Source of the DNA: Camelus ferus
Lineage: Eukaryota
Assembly: GCF_009834535.1 (NCBI RefSeq)
Contig: NC_045697.1
Location: 58,096,001-58,160,000 of the forward strand
Length of the DNA: 64,000 nt
Reading direction: 5' to 3'
Shown here: piece after piece, positions 1 through 12,570 of the stretch
Layout: each line of letters opens with the position of its first letter
Position numbering within the stretch: the first letter of the stretch is position 1
Translations under genes and position numbers: made by a program
The notes under the pieces: model-generated
Told to the model about the DNA's origin: nothing
The model's database searches: none
What the model saw: the letters and a program-made list of their open reading frames with translations, nothing else

Positions 1-44
1 AGAGGGTCAACATGATGTTTGGCAAATAATCAATGGTTCTGAAG

Positions 45-78
45 TTGGAGATCCTAGTCAATTGGAGATCCTAGTCAA
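45..78. repeat. Perfect 17-bp tandem duplication
   Basis: ttggagatcctagtcaa at 45-61 and again at 62-78. Confidence 0.9.
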
Positions 79-228
79 TCTCAGAAATTCATCAATCAAC
101 TTTGTAGCAATTTAATCCTATTGGCCGCAGACCAAAGTAATTTGCTGTCGTTAGAAGATACATGCCAACACAGGGTGGTGCCTCTGAGACCTCCGGCAAG
201 TGACAGGGTTCTTAGAGGGTGAAAAGTT

Positions 229-244
229 GGTTGTCATGGAAACC
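229..244. promoter_or_regulatory. RFX X-box-like motif
   Basis: GGTTGTCATGGAAACC, a near-palindromic match to GTTNCCATGGNAAC; motif only. Confidence 0.35.
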
Positions 245-628
245 CTTTAGGTCCTTAGGAACTGAGACAGCTATTTCCTCTTTTGAAGAAGGCTTAAGAA
301 CTGCTTTCCTACACGTGGAAGGACAATAAAAATATGATAGGGCTTCAGTTTTTTTCTGGTCTATATAAGAGGAAGTGATACTCAATTTCAGGGAGCTCAG
401 GATGATTTTCATGGAAATAAGGCCTTAGGCAAAAATCCAACTCACAAAGTTTTACAAAAAGAAAAAGTACAAATAAACCTCCTCCGAAGGCCTTAAGTCC
501 CACCAAAATGAATTAAAAAATGAAACAACATTAACAATAATAAATTTTCACCCAGCCCTACCTAGTGCCACCTTCTTCCTCAGACCTACAGTGCAGAGGG
601 GAGAGGCAGCCCTGAACGGGTTCCTCAA

Positions 629-684
629 ACAGCCACCTAGGGGGAGGGCCACATTTTCCCATCTGGCTCCGGCCCGCCCACCCC
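629..684. promoter_or_regulatory. CTCF-like motif plus Sp/KLF GC box
   Basis: Minus strand CCCCTAGGTGGCTG resembles the CTCF core; GGCCCGCCCACCCC at 671-684; local GC-rich patch. Confidence 0.25.
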
Positions 685-1019
685 ATCGTCTCACCAGCTG
701 TTTGCCATTGGAAACCGGTTGCTTAAGCCAAACTCAGTTATTCACCACAAATCCCCAGCTCTTTGTTGTTCCTGGAAGGTTGCCCACCTCCTGCAATGCT
801 CTCTCCATCTCCTATGTTTTGAAGTATTTTCTCCATTCTTTAAGGATCCAATCAAGTCTTGTCATTTCCCAGAAGACTTCTCCAACTATAACTGCTTTTG
901 CTGACATAGCTGAATTCATAAAACTCTGACAGTCTGTAAATACCATTTGACCTCAACAAAGATACCATATATTTGTTTTCTGGTTTTTTTGTTTGTTTGT
1001 TTATTTGTTTAACTTATGC

Positions 1020-1140
1020 TACTCTCCTCCCCACTAGAGTTAGCTTCCTTGAAGGGCAGAACTTGGTCACAATCATCTTGGTCTCTACCTTAGTCTGTAG
1101 CACAGGGTAGGTTCATAGTTAATGCTTATTAAAGGCAGAA
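1020..1140 (+). mobile_element. L2 LINE 3'-end relic
   Basis: cccactagag..ttccttgaagggcaga...tagcacagg...tagttaatgcttatt resembles the L2 3' terminus. Confidence 0.5.
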
Positions 1141-3090
1141 GCATAAAAACACAAACTATAAATTAATAATAATAAGTGATACAGTGTAATTACATTCTCC
1201 ATGGTAGAAATTTCTATTTCTACTGCAAATTCTCAAGACTCAAATGTATCATGGCTATGTACAATTTACTTCTAACTCCATATGGTCTACTCAAGATCCA
1301 TAGTTTATGTGCAGTATATTCATCCCTCGTGTGAATATTTTCACCTGTGGCCTAATTTTACTTTTCTCTAATAATCTGAAGGTGTTGATCAAAGACTAAT
1401 TTTCCTAGGTGGAATAGTTGGAGTGATATAGACACTAAAAAATTCAAAACATTTACATTACACATGGAGAGTATCTAGCAATATATATTTTTCTTCAATC
1501 CTGCTTCTTTATGGTAATTCCCTTGGGTAAAATATAATACTTCTTATAGCAATATAGAATCACATTGCTTTGAAAAATGTATGTTACAGCAGTATTTATA
1601 TTGAGAATATCACACTTTGTAGGTATGCTCTGTTTTTTGACCTCAATGGTTCAGTTTAACTGGGGACCATTAGCACCTCTGCTAGTATGTATACAGCACA
1701 TATCATTAATTTTCTTCCTACCCTCACCTGAATGTGGCCACCCTGAAGATCTGGAACTTCTGGGGATGTTTCAGAATCCCTAAAGTGTTTCTTAACTACA
1801 CTGAACAGGTCTTATACTGTCTTTGTTATGTTCAGCCAATGTTTGGAACTATTCCACTAGTATGAAACAAAGTTCCAATTTTTCTGCCAAGAATGATGTC
1901 TGAATAATAATTCTGATAGAAACTTTGCTGGGTGGTTCTCACGTTTAAAAGAGGAAAAGGGATATTCTAAGTGTTTATGGTTGGCTATGAAAAATGTCAA
2001 GGCTCTTAGGATGGAAGATTACATAAAACAGGCAGGGGACATGCCTATAAGGAATCAATCAATGCAGAGCCAGTTTCATTTTTATGAAAATTATACTTAT
2101 GGCTCCATGCAATAAGAGCTATTTGGGTAGAGAAAGTTCAAACTGAAAAAAAGCCAGCCTTGTACTTTTGACTATTAGCTGGACTTTACTGTTGCTGATA
2201 CGAGGTTTTTAGAAACAGCAAAAAGGAGCCATTTTTCACAGCTAACACAGATGATTTCAAAAATATCTGCAATATTACAAGTACCCAACAAATGACAGCA
2301 ACTATTTTCCCCTAAATATCAGGATAGAAAATCCAATATGTCATTCTGTTATTTAAAAGTCTCCTGCATTAACCAGAGATAAGGAGAAAAAAGCCATTCC
2401 TATTGATCTATGGATGAAAACAAATAGTATACTATTGAGTGAACAGTACTGGTGAGAAGATAACTTACTGTATCAGAGAAGAGAGAGACATCAAGTTTAG
2501 TGACTCAATGAAAGTGTGTTAGGTTAGGAAGTCTAAAAATGTTTGCATCAATGTGACCGTTGTGTAGAAACAAGGAAAACAGGGAAAGAAACAGAACAGT
2601 GTTCCATTTTAAATTCTTTAGAATCAAGAAAGAAGGTGAACCAAGACCACAGCTAAACAGGATTAAGGTTTCCATAATGCTAAACAGCACTATCGTGGCT
2701 CCTTGGTGAACTGACAACAACCGTCTCCCCCACACCCCCATCACTTTATGGGAATTGTATTATACTGAAATATATTACCTGCAAATTAAGTAATTATTAT
2801 TCATGTGAAAGATGTGCCTACTAGTTCCACCCTAGAAGAGAGTCTGTCTAGGCACAAATGGTTTTAAGTCTTTTTTATTGTTTTTTTTTAATGTCATGGC
2901 ATACACAGAAAATAATTTTTGCATGCTCACTGGGATAAATAGACAAGGTGAGCAACTGGCACAAGTTCACTGGCTCCCCAGGCTTTGCACAGTTTCTTTG
3001 TGGGAAGAGGTGAGCAGCATCTTCTAGGCACCTTTAAACCTTTCCCTGCAGACATGTCATGTATGGCTCATTTTCAGACATTGATTGATA

Positions 3091-3649
3091 TGGTAGGGGG
3101 CAAAATTTGCCACCCTAAAATGTGTTCCTTTGGCCTGAGAATTAATTTAGGCTCATTATGTTTAAGACACAGAAGCCTCAGAAAGTTTTTCTTGTTACCT
3201 CTTCCCTTAACTGCCTAAAAGAATTTAGACAAAGAACCTGTGTCTCGAGTTATCACCAGACATATCTGCAAAAAGTATGGGCTAAGTGTGGTGGGGGAAA
3301 TTTACCAGGACCTAGCCGTCACAGTGCACTTAGTGTCCCATTGTTTCCACATGGCTCAGGGGACATGTGTTTACTAACATCATTTGCGTTTCCATCTCCA
3401 TGTAAATTTTCTTTTTTTCCTTGAAGTCCCAAACCACTACCCCCAACATCCTCTTTTGTTGTTAGCTGAAGATGGTATTTAAGATGAGGATTTCAGCCAT
3501 TTGGGGGAGTTGCTCAGTTTTCCTGGATCTCTCCTGTGTATACATGTTATTAAACTTAAGTTTGATTTTCTCCTGTCAGTCTGTCTCATGTCAGTTTAAT
3601 TCTTAGACCATCCAGAAGAATCTAGAAGGAAATGTATTCCTCCCTGATA
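3091..3649 (+). mobile_element. ERV1 solo LTR, MER34-like
   Basis: Starts gtagggggcaaaatttgccaccctaaaatgtgttcctttggc; TATA-like gtatttaag and ATTAAA; ends ttcctccctgata. Confidence 0.75.
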
Positions 3650-4566
3650 ATATTAGTAAGGAGAGAATTTGTGTTTAGAATAAAGGAATTAAATTTGGCC
3701 GGTGTTTCCTTGAGTTTCTGGACCACACCTGTGGTATCTCCTTCTGTTTTAGTTGCAGACAATTTGAATAAATCAAATAGTTGCACATCCACTTTGCATG
3801 ACCTGTTCAAAATATTGGCATTACCTATGGAGTGAGATTTTGGACTGAAGAACAGAAGTCACCTTTCTGTGTATTTTGGCTGGTTGTTGTAGGCATTGTA
3901 GCAGCTTGTTTCTTGGATTGATTTCCCTATTTCATACTATCAGCCAAAGGAGTTTCGTTGGCATAGAGCCCCAGAGATAAAGGGTACCAAAAGTCAAAAT
4001 ATAATAATTACATTTAAGTATTCACTTTCATAACATCCCAATTAAAATATCATGGTATCAATCCTTTGCAAATCAGGATTCTAGTTTTTTTGTTTGTTTT
4101 AATTTTAGGTAAAAAGTCAATGATTACACTTTGCAAATTACCTCTGAAATTTAATAAAGCATAGGTAAGTATACCTTAACTCAGGAATGAAAGCTAACAC
4201 AGATCATCAAATATTAATGCTCTGCTGCCAAATTTATAGATACACAGGAGCTTCAAACTACTTTTTTGGCAGTAAATGTCTTGAGAAACCTTGCCTGGGG
4301 CTAAACCCTCTGGCTGACAATACCTCAGAATGCTTATCACAGGGTAGTTTTTATGCTTAAAGAGATCAAGCAGTTGAAAAGCAGCAAAATCACCTCATTG
4401 GAGATCTTTAATTATAATCAAAGCTTTTTTTTTTTTTTAAATCACCAAATAAATAAGGCAGATAGGCTCAAATTAGTAACCAGACACCTATACAGTCATT
4501 ATTTTACAGAGTCAAATACACTGGCTCCTACCAGACGGGGATGTGACAATTTTTGCCTTTGACATT

Positions 4567-4697
4567 TTCTTCTTTTTTTTCTTTTTCTTTCTTCCCTTTT
4601 TTTTTTTTTTTTTTTAATGGGGGTACCGGGGATTGAACCCAGGACCTGGGCATGCCAAGCATACACTCTACCACTGAGCTACATCCCCACTCACTGA
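4567..4697 (-). mobile_element. tRNA-Ala-derived camelid SINE (vic-1 type)
   Basis: Reverse complement GGGGATGTAGCTCAGTGGTAGAG...GGTTCAATCCC (A and B boxes), A-rich tail, TSD gcctttga(c/t)att at 4555-4566 and 4698-4709. Confidence 0.88.
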
Positions 4698-7600
4698 GCC
4701 TTTGATATTGAAAGTACAGTCTGTAAATCAGACACAGGATCTATAGCATTTACAGATTTATAGTATAAATGTGTACAGTTTGAATACAGCAGACTTTGAA
4801 ATGCATGAAGTGAGTTATTGTTGGGTCATTTCCACCCTTACATTGCTGTCCAGTGATTTTTCCTGTGTTGCATTTGTTTTTCTCAGTTTTTTCCCTCTAA
4901 GTTTATGTTTGCCTTTTACCTCTTCACATTTCACCTTTTCCTTTTTTTCCTTTAAGTGAGTAAACAAGCTAGTACTCATTTATATGAAATAAATCCCTTT
5001 TGTATTCCATAAAGTATTTTCCTTTGGGGAAAGGAACCATTATGAAATTTTTATTGAGGTTTAGGAAAGCCTGGAGTTAAAAAAAAAAAAATTAAGCATT
5101 TTCTGCACAAGCAACATGACAAAGAAATTCTCTGAGATTTTACCACTAGTTCTGGTACACAACTCCAGCCTGACAATGTTGCAACTTCATTAATAGTAAT
5201 TTGTTTTGTGAGCTACACTGGAAATATCAAGAAAATAAATACACTCAGCTAACCCTATATGTGTTTACTTTATGTAAACTAACAAAGCAAAAACACAAAG
5301 TGACTATCTGTGAATTATCTGATATAAAAATACAGATTGAAAATGGTATATACAACAACTAAAAGATGTATTATATATTTAAAGAGCCTTTCCAATAAGA
5401 AAAACAAAATACTCATTTTCTTTTATGTTTAAAAGCCAGTCTGAAAGATGTTTATCTAGGGCTATCAGGAAAAATCTTTGTTACAAAGGCAATGCAACTT
5501 CATATAAAATCTCAGTTGTGCTGATGGACCAGATATGCTGACAGACCATTATAACAGAACAAATCACAAAACGAGCAGAATAGTGGCTTTCTCTTGTTGA
5601 AAAGGAAAAGAGAGAAAAGTAAGGTACAGGATAAGAAGGAATGGGATGACATGGTAGTTTTGAATAAACTGGTTACGGAAAAATACTTACCAAGATAATG
5701 ATAAATTGCTTTGCCTGAACTATGGTCAATATTTTGATGCAGTTGAAGTTGATGACAATTTGCTTCACTTGCCAGACATTACTGGTATCATTAATAGTCA
5801 AAATCACGCTAAAGTTTTATGGAATCTTCCAAATCAAGTGTGTATGTGTATGTACAGGGAAATACGTTATCACTGACAAGAAAGAACACCTGTTTTGTTT
5901 CCTTTTAGTATTCCTAAAATACTCGGAGAAAAGAAATGAATATTTGTATTTGTAAGGCTATTAACACAATAATTGTTGGCTAATATTGCAAAAAGTATAT
6001 GTAATAAATACAATAGGTTTATCACATTTACTTTTTCAGTCTAATTTAAAAAGTAGCCATGCCTTCATAAAAGCACAGTGACTGACTCAACATGACTTGT
6101 TATCATATAGTTAAATTTCTAAAAAATATGTTTCATATAATGCCTCTCAGTTGCTTTTCTACATAAAAGTTACTCAATAATCACCTCTTCTGCCAACCTC
6201 CAACACTGCAAACCCTAACCAAAGCAATGTCCTAATATGCTAAGATCTTTCTATATTTTTACAGTAGTTTTTTGCACGAATAAAGTTCATTGAAAACAAA
6301 CAATACAAAATTTACTCCAAATTTTTCTTATTGTTTGAAATAAAGACTGAAGAATGATTGGGTTTCTAACTTTTTACAAAATTTTCTGCTGCTCCTAAAG
6401 TGGTATTATTTAAAAATATATTACCCAAACGAGCAACATATTCTTTGGAGGTTTTTAAAGGATCTATGTCCATTCAGAAAACACAAATGTAAAAGTGTGA
6501 AGTGAGAAAAGTAATGAAATCTAATGAATTTGAGTCCAAATGTTGTATTTTTTCAAGTTCACCAAAGTGATTTAGTTTTAAAACACAGGGATAAAATAAC
6601 TTGTCATGGGGAAATTTGTATTTGTTTTGGCTCTGCTCCACTATTTGGAATATGACTGATACCTCTGGGCCTTTTACTATTTATACTTTCAAATGCATAC
6701 TCCTAATAAAATTTATTATTATAAAATAAATTTTGTAGCTTAATCACTTAATACTGTTACATAAATTCATATAATACCTGAGTGAGTAAAAAAATAAAGC
6801 ACAAATGTGAGTGCTTTTTTGAAACATAACAACATATATATCCATCATTAATAAATGCATTAAGCTTTGTAGCAGAGAAGTGTGTTATGTCAATTCACAT
6901 TATACATTCCCAGTGTGAAATATGTGTGTCACAAATGCCTCATTCTGTGTCTTGCATCATAGAAAACAGACTTTTGAAAAATCAAAGGGAGATATCAAAA
7001 GGAGAATTCTTTTATATTCCACTCCTTTGCTGCCACAAGACCGTGTAACACCAGCCACATCCGTGACTTCACCAGTCTTTGAAGCCGTACATGAAGTACA
7101 AGCATGCATCACTGGCTTCTAAGAGTTATTCCTTAGGATGTCACTCCCTGTCATAGCAGCCTATTAATTTTTAAAAATACAACAGGTAGTTTTCTTAGAA
7201 GACTTATCCATTTATGAGGCCAGTGGTTATATGTATCGTGCTACTCAACAAATGCAAGTGTTCTTCTTGCACCAAAATTTTTCTCTGATGTTCAATAGGG
7301 TCTATATGCCCCAATTAGTATCAGTCTTATGTTATAGGATATGGAATCTCCATAAAGGCACTCAATTGATCATAAAGCCACTCAATGATGGCAGCCTCCA
7401 TTCATTAACTGATTTGTATCTAATTTACAGAGAAAAGTGGTCTAATAGAATTGGCCATAGCTCAGGTAAGGATTTTTTGGAAACAAAAATAATGACACAA
7501 TTTGAGGAAAGGGAGCTGTCCAAAAAGTGCAGGGCACAGAATCTAAGAAATTAGAGTAAAAATATTGAGAGAAAGAGGCAAGGGAAAGATGGAGAGGAGA

Positions 7601-8214
7601 GTATTGAGGAGACTAGAGGGGAGAATGGCATGTTTAGTGAACAAATAAGAAGTGGGTTAACTTGGTAAATCTGGAAAGGAACCTCCATTACTAATGTGCT
7701 CACTGTGTTGAAACACACAATGTTGAAAAGAAATAAATGGTAGACTGTTTTATATTCTTTTGAATACTGAAATGAGGGAAATGGTGGGCCCAAGGTTATC
7801 CTAAGTCCTCTCTTACTCTGTGTCCAATGAGTCTCCCCAGCTGCTGACCTTACCAAACAAAATGAGCCTCAAACCCACCATCACGTGTTTGGCAGCACCT
7901 TCCACAGAGGTGGAAGTTCCCAAACATGACCATGATCACCTTCTTCATGGTCTCACCTTCATAGCCTGATGATCCTACTTTCTCAGACATTCCTCCAGGC
8001 TCTAGCTGTTCACCTGTCCACCCACACAAGTAATCCAGGCTGATATGATGAGTGATTATTCTCTTATCCTCCTGCTGACCCCTCCCAGACCATCACTTCC
8101 CCAGTGTCTTCCACATTTGTGTAACTTTGATTCCTATTAAACTTCTAACTTCCAAAATAACTCATAGTAATTGTTTTTTTTTTTTTTTCCTAATTGAACT
8201 CAAACACATTGGTA

Positions 8215-8681
8215 CCTGAGGTAGACTGGCTTTATTATTGGTGTCAATTTCCATGTCTCACTGTCTCCATTCTTTTTACAGAGCATTCTCACACTGACAC
8301 TTGGCTCATTATACGACTTGCTTTGGTCAAAGCACAGGTGCAATTTTGATGAGTGTGGAGACTTGAAAAAGTCTTGAATGTTTCTGCTTTTTCTCATGGA
8401 ACTATGCTACCCCTATGATGACATACCTAGCGCAGCCTGCTGGAGGAGAATGTGGAGGAGAATGAAGTCATTCTAGCTGAGGCCATCCTAGACAAGTCAG
8501 AGCCCATAGACCCACCAGCTGACTGCAGATGCATAAAGGAGTCCAGATAAGATCTGCTGAACTTGGTCTAGATCATCAGAATAGCCAGCAAAATGGAAGA
8601 ACCATGAAAATTAATAAAATTTTATTGCTTTAAGCCAGAATTTTGGGGCGAATTTACTATGCAGAAATAAATAATTGATAT
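8215..8681 (+). mobile_element. MaLR LTR, MLT1G-like
   Basis: gacttgctttggtc, ccagctgactgcagatgcat, 3' end aataaa..tttaagcca..ttttgggg..ttactatgcag..aattgata. Confidence 0.75.
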
Positions 8682-8769
8682 GGAGTGGTTTTTTACATCT
8701 TAGTTTTTCTTGGCACTCTAAGCAGAGTAAAGATCCTTTCTCTACAACCCCCAGCAATTTTAAGTATGT

Positions 8770-9150
8770 ATATTATAAACATTAACAATGCCATTATTTG
8801 TACACACATTGGTTTCCTTTTTTAGAATCTAAGCAACCTACTCTCAGAAATTATGCGTTATTGACCTTATTCACCTTTATATCTCCAGCATTTAGAATAG
8901 GTCCTAATAAACAGTGTTTAGCAAACACTTGTTAAAGGAAAGGAAAGAAGGAAGGATTATCACTTTTTCTCTGAAATCTTCCCTATACCACTGCCCCATT
9001 CTCCATCAGGCATGCAGCACTCTATTGCTTGCTTTCTTTGTGGATACACCTTCTATTAGATTGCAAGTAATTGGCATGCAAGGGATTTTTTCACCTCTTA
9101 TCTCCTACGTCTAGCAGAGTACATTGTGGAAAATACATATTAAATGAAGC
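8770..9150 (+). mobile_element. L2 3'-end relics
   Basis: ttcacctttatatctccagcatttagaatagg..ataaacagtgtttagcaaacacttgttaaaggaa, plus a second similar unit. Confidence 0.5.
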
Positions 9151-9349
9151 AACAAAAATATTAAAATTCCTACTGCTACAATGCCTAACACAATTAAAAA
9201 CAAAAACAAATAAATAGCAATATAATATTGAAAAAGAAGGGCTTGTTAAGGATCTGTTTCATTTTAATATATTTTAAAGACATTTTAATATATTTGCCAA
9301 GATGGTTATTCAAAAAGGAAGTAAAAAATCTTGAAACTGTTAAGCAAAG

Positions 9350-9560
9350 GACATATGTTTTCGGTCATTGAAAGTTAGGTTTGAATTTCACCTTTGTCAC
9401 TAGTCTTGTGAATTTTGGAAGTCACTATACATTCCAAGATTTATTTTCCTCATCTTTAAAGCGAAGTCCTATTTCATAGAACTTTTGTAAAACTTAAATG
9501 AGAAGAATTTAAAGCAAGCTAATACATAGTAGATACTCAGTAAATAATAGCTATTACCTT
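9350..9560 (+). mobile_element. MIR SINE relic
   Basis: ggtttgaatttcacctttgtcactag..ttttcctcatctttaaa..ttaaatgagaa..catagtagatactcagtaaataatagctatt. Confidence 0.7.
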
Positions 9561-10061
9561 TTATTGTTTTTTAATATTATCATCATTATTACTATCAATA
9601 TAAGCCTTCCTGGAGTTTACACTCTACCATAGTCAATATTGTTTCTAGAAGTAAATTTAAATTTTTAAACTCTGGCAAGTAAAAGGTCAAATTTCAGTAG
9701 TCATGCATGAATTTTAAACAGTTATTGTGAATTCTTTTTCCTCTTAAAACAATACTCCTCCTCCCCTTTTGGTACTGACAATGGAAACTATCTTTTTCGT
9801 CCTGAAATCTAAGCCCTTCTCTAGGACTTAAAATTTCTATCGAGATATGTAGTCAAAGGACTGGCCCATTTAGAAAATATTTATTCCCTTTTTGTCTAGG
9901 AAAGGGCTGAGATTATTCTTTCATGATCTTAAAGAATACTAACATATTATCATTTGTAAAATATCACCATATTTTATCTCAAAGCTTTTCTGGTATAACG
10001 TATTCATTGTCCATTTGCTTACTTGTATTCATTTGAGAAAAACAAAATTTTATATAACTCC

Positions 10062-10527
10062 TGTGGAAATAAATGTAGACCACTCAAATGGGAATGAGCA
10101 AAGACTATCCAGAGCTTATTGTAAAGCTTGGGAGTGAGCTGCTATCACTTGAATTTGGCAGAGACTCAAGGCAGACAAAGGAGTGGGAAAGCTTTATAGT
10201 GAAAAACAGGGAAGGCTCTGATTGGAGGTTGTTGGCACGCGGACTCTGGAGGCAAGCTAAAAGCAGCAGAGCATTTAGTTTGATTGGTTAGGGGCATCCT
10301 GTGTGATTGGTTAGGGGAGCATACTTCTCTTGTTCTGGTTGGTCCTAAACTGGGAGTGGGGGCAAAATTAGGGAAGCTGTCATTTATTGATCAAGTTATT
10401 ATCATTCAGGGACAATTGGTATAGAAGTTGTGGTTTGGCTTCCTGGAATGGTTGCTGCAGAGTTTGTGGATTAGAGTTTTATTTTTAAACATGGTCTGGG
10501 CATTTGCCCTTTGCATATTCAGTCTCT
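10062..10527 (-). mobile_element. ERV1 (MER4-group) solo LTR, LTR48/LTR29-like
   Basis: Reverse complement begins agagactgaatatgcaaaggg..cagaccatg..ctctgcagcaacc..caggaagccaaaccacaa; repeated CCAAT boxes (tgattgg); ends ..ttccaca. Confidence 0.65.
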
Positions 10528-10654
10528 TTTTCCCTTTGTGCTATACACAGAGGACCCCTCAAAATACTAAAGATTTTCTTTTCATGCTAATCTACTCTTA
10601 TAGAAGTGAGTTTCATAGTAAGTTTATATACTCAAAAATACATTTCTACACTGG

Positions 10655-11536
10655 GAAGCAAGATGGTGGAGAAGGACGCCTGTAGCTCACCCTTTCCCAC
10701 AAATACACCAAAACTCACATCTACGGACCTACTCAGCCAACCAGAGCACCCACCGAACTCCAACAGAATATAGCCCTCTTCGAAAGACAAAGACACCAAA
10801 AATCTGGTAGGAGAAAAGGAAAAAAATAAAGAAGAAAAAGCAAAACAGCGAGGGACCGATCCTACCAAGAGGGAGCGGCAAAGGAGGACAGGCACTTGTT
10901 CGCTGGGTCTCCCCCCTCCAACGGAGAGGCCAGCGGGACAGAGGGGGAGCTCCCGAGGTTCAGATCTGCCCTGAGCACCCCTTGACTGACAGAACTGAGT
11001 TAAATGGGCACAAAGGGTCCCCACAACACCCAGTCCGAGATGCAAGCCTGCAGCTGGGGCGGGGACAGGCCACCCGAGCCAGGCGGAGGACTGGGGCGGC
11101 TGCACTGAGGCAGCCCCAGGGGACTGCAGGATGCTGCGGCCCTGGCTGGGAGGGGATATGAAGCAGAACAACCTCGGTTCCCCATAAATTGCAAAAAAAG
11201 CAAAGCAACATGGCTGGTGTGCCCTGGGCGGGGGGGGGGGGGGGGGTGCCATAGCCTTTGTCTCCTCAGACCTGCACCGCCATTACTGGCACATCTCGTG
11301 GGAAGAGAGGCGGGGATCAGCCACAGCCACCATCTCCTCCTGTGCACAGTGCCTGGGCGGGGGCAGGACCGAGACCTGAATCTGCACCCGGGGGCTCCAC
11401 AACCTCCTAGGCAGAACTGAGACTTGTTTATAGCCCAAGACAGATAGGATCTTTCTGTCCTGGCACCTCAGAGAACTTGCGCCGCCAAGAATTTGACACA
11501 ACATTGTAAAATAACAATTACTCAATAAAAAAGTAA
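10655..11536 (+). mobile_element. L1 5'UTR fused directly to the L1 3' terminus (internally deleted or spliced L1, no ORF1/ORF2)
   Basis: YY1-like caagatgg 5' end; GC-rich UTR; 11489-11512 identical to the young L1 3' end at 31452-31475; AATAAA and A tail; 21-bp TSD at 10634-10654 and 11537-11557 (19/21). Confidence 0.85.
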
Positions 11537-12259
11537 AAAAATATGTTTCTACACTGGAAATAAATTATGCTTTTGAAAACATCTGTATACAGATTCCTAT
11601 GTAAAATAGACAGACATATTTATATTAACTTAGGTTTTCTGTTAGTTTGTTTTAGGAAGAATCTCAATTCTGCTACTTTGAATTGGTGACATTTTAAGGA
11701 CATTTATAAAAACCAAGATGGAAATTCTTTCTAGACCACCAGAACAGAATTATGATAACCTACTATCAGTGTTCTTCATTCATTGATTACAGCCCTGAGA
11801 GAAGAGTAATCTGACTGTGAAATTGCTTTTTCACTGGAAATAATTAAATCTGATATGTAAAATAATTTATTAACTCTACAAGGTCTTTGAAAGCAATTTT
11901 GTTAGATGAATAAATTATTGCTATCTTTATGAAGAGGTCACAACAATCATAAAGCATGTATAAAAATAATTTCACAATAGAAAAGCTTTATTCTGGGTAA
12001 AACAAAGCTTCTGAATACGGCAGCATGTTACTTTTAAGAACTTGAAAAAAAACACCTCTGAATAAGAAAATTATAAAAAATAAGTTTATAATATTAAATT
12101 GCTTGATTTAAGTGTATTTTCCTTTAAATATAACCAAATATCTACAATAAGTTAAAGAAAATTATCTTCTTCAAATCATTCATTCACTTTTTCAACAAGT
12201 ACTTGTTGACCACCTAGGAATCTAGATTGAGAAGAGCTCACATAGGGTCATCTGACATC

Positions 12260-12570
12260 ATATACTCTGCCTGCATTGTTTTAAAAAGTTGAACCAACAT
12301 TTTAAAAATCAGGACATTTCATACCGAAATCTAGATTTCTATCTTCCCTTAAACAACACGGTGTTGTATTTTCACAGGCTAGCAACCAGCTGGAAGAGAG
12401 AAGAGGCTCCCTTCTTTAGACAGGATATGTCTGAGTCCAGACCACTCCCCACTCAAACTCTATCTCCCTCACTTTTCCTTTATCAGAGCCCTGCCACCTT
12501 GCTACCCATAGAGAAACATTTCTTCCTATCCATGCCTCTATACAGAATTGAAAATAAAAAGCTAGACCAG
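12260..12570. mobile_element. hAT-Charlie DNA transposon relic, MER102-like
   Basis: tgttttaaaaagttgaaccaacattttaaaaatcaggacatttcatacc..aatctagatttct resembles MER102. Confidence 0.45.

Noticed and set aside
3622..3935. Possible minus-strand coding exon
   Set aside because: Frames are short and unrecognised, and the ORF runs into the MER34-like LTR
4617..4689. tRNA-Ala gene
   Set aside because: Stems and anticodon are degenerate, with an A-rich tail and TSD, so this is a SINE copy; the same applies to 36155-36227
5664..5876. Protein-looking + frame (..YFDAVEVDDNLLHLPDITGII..)
   Set aside because: No upstream start codon, no good + strand splice sites and no recognisable homologue
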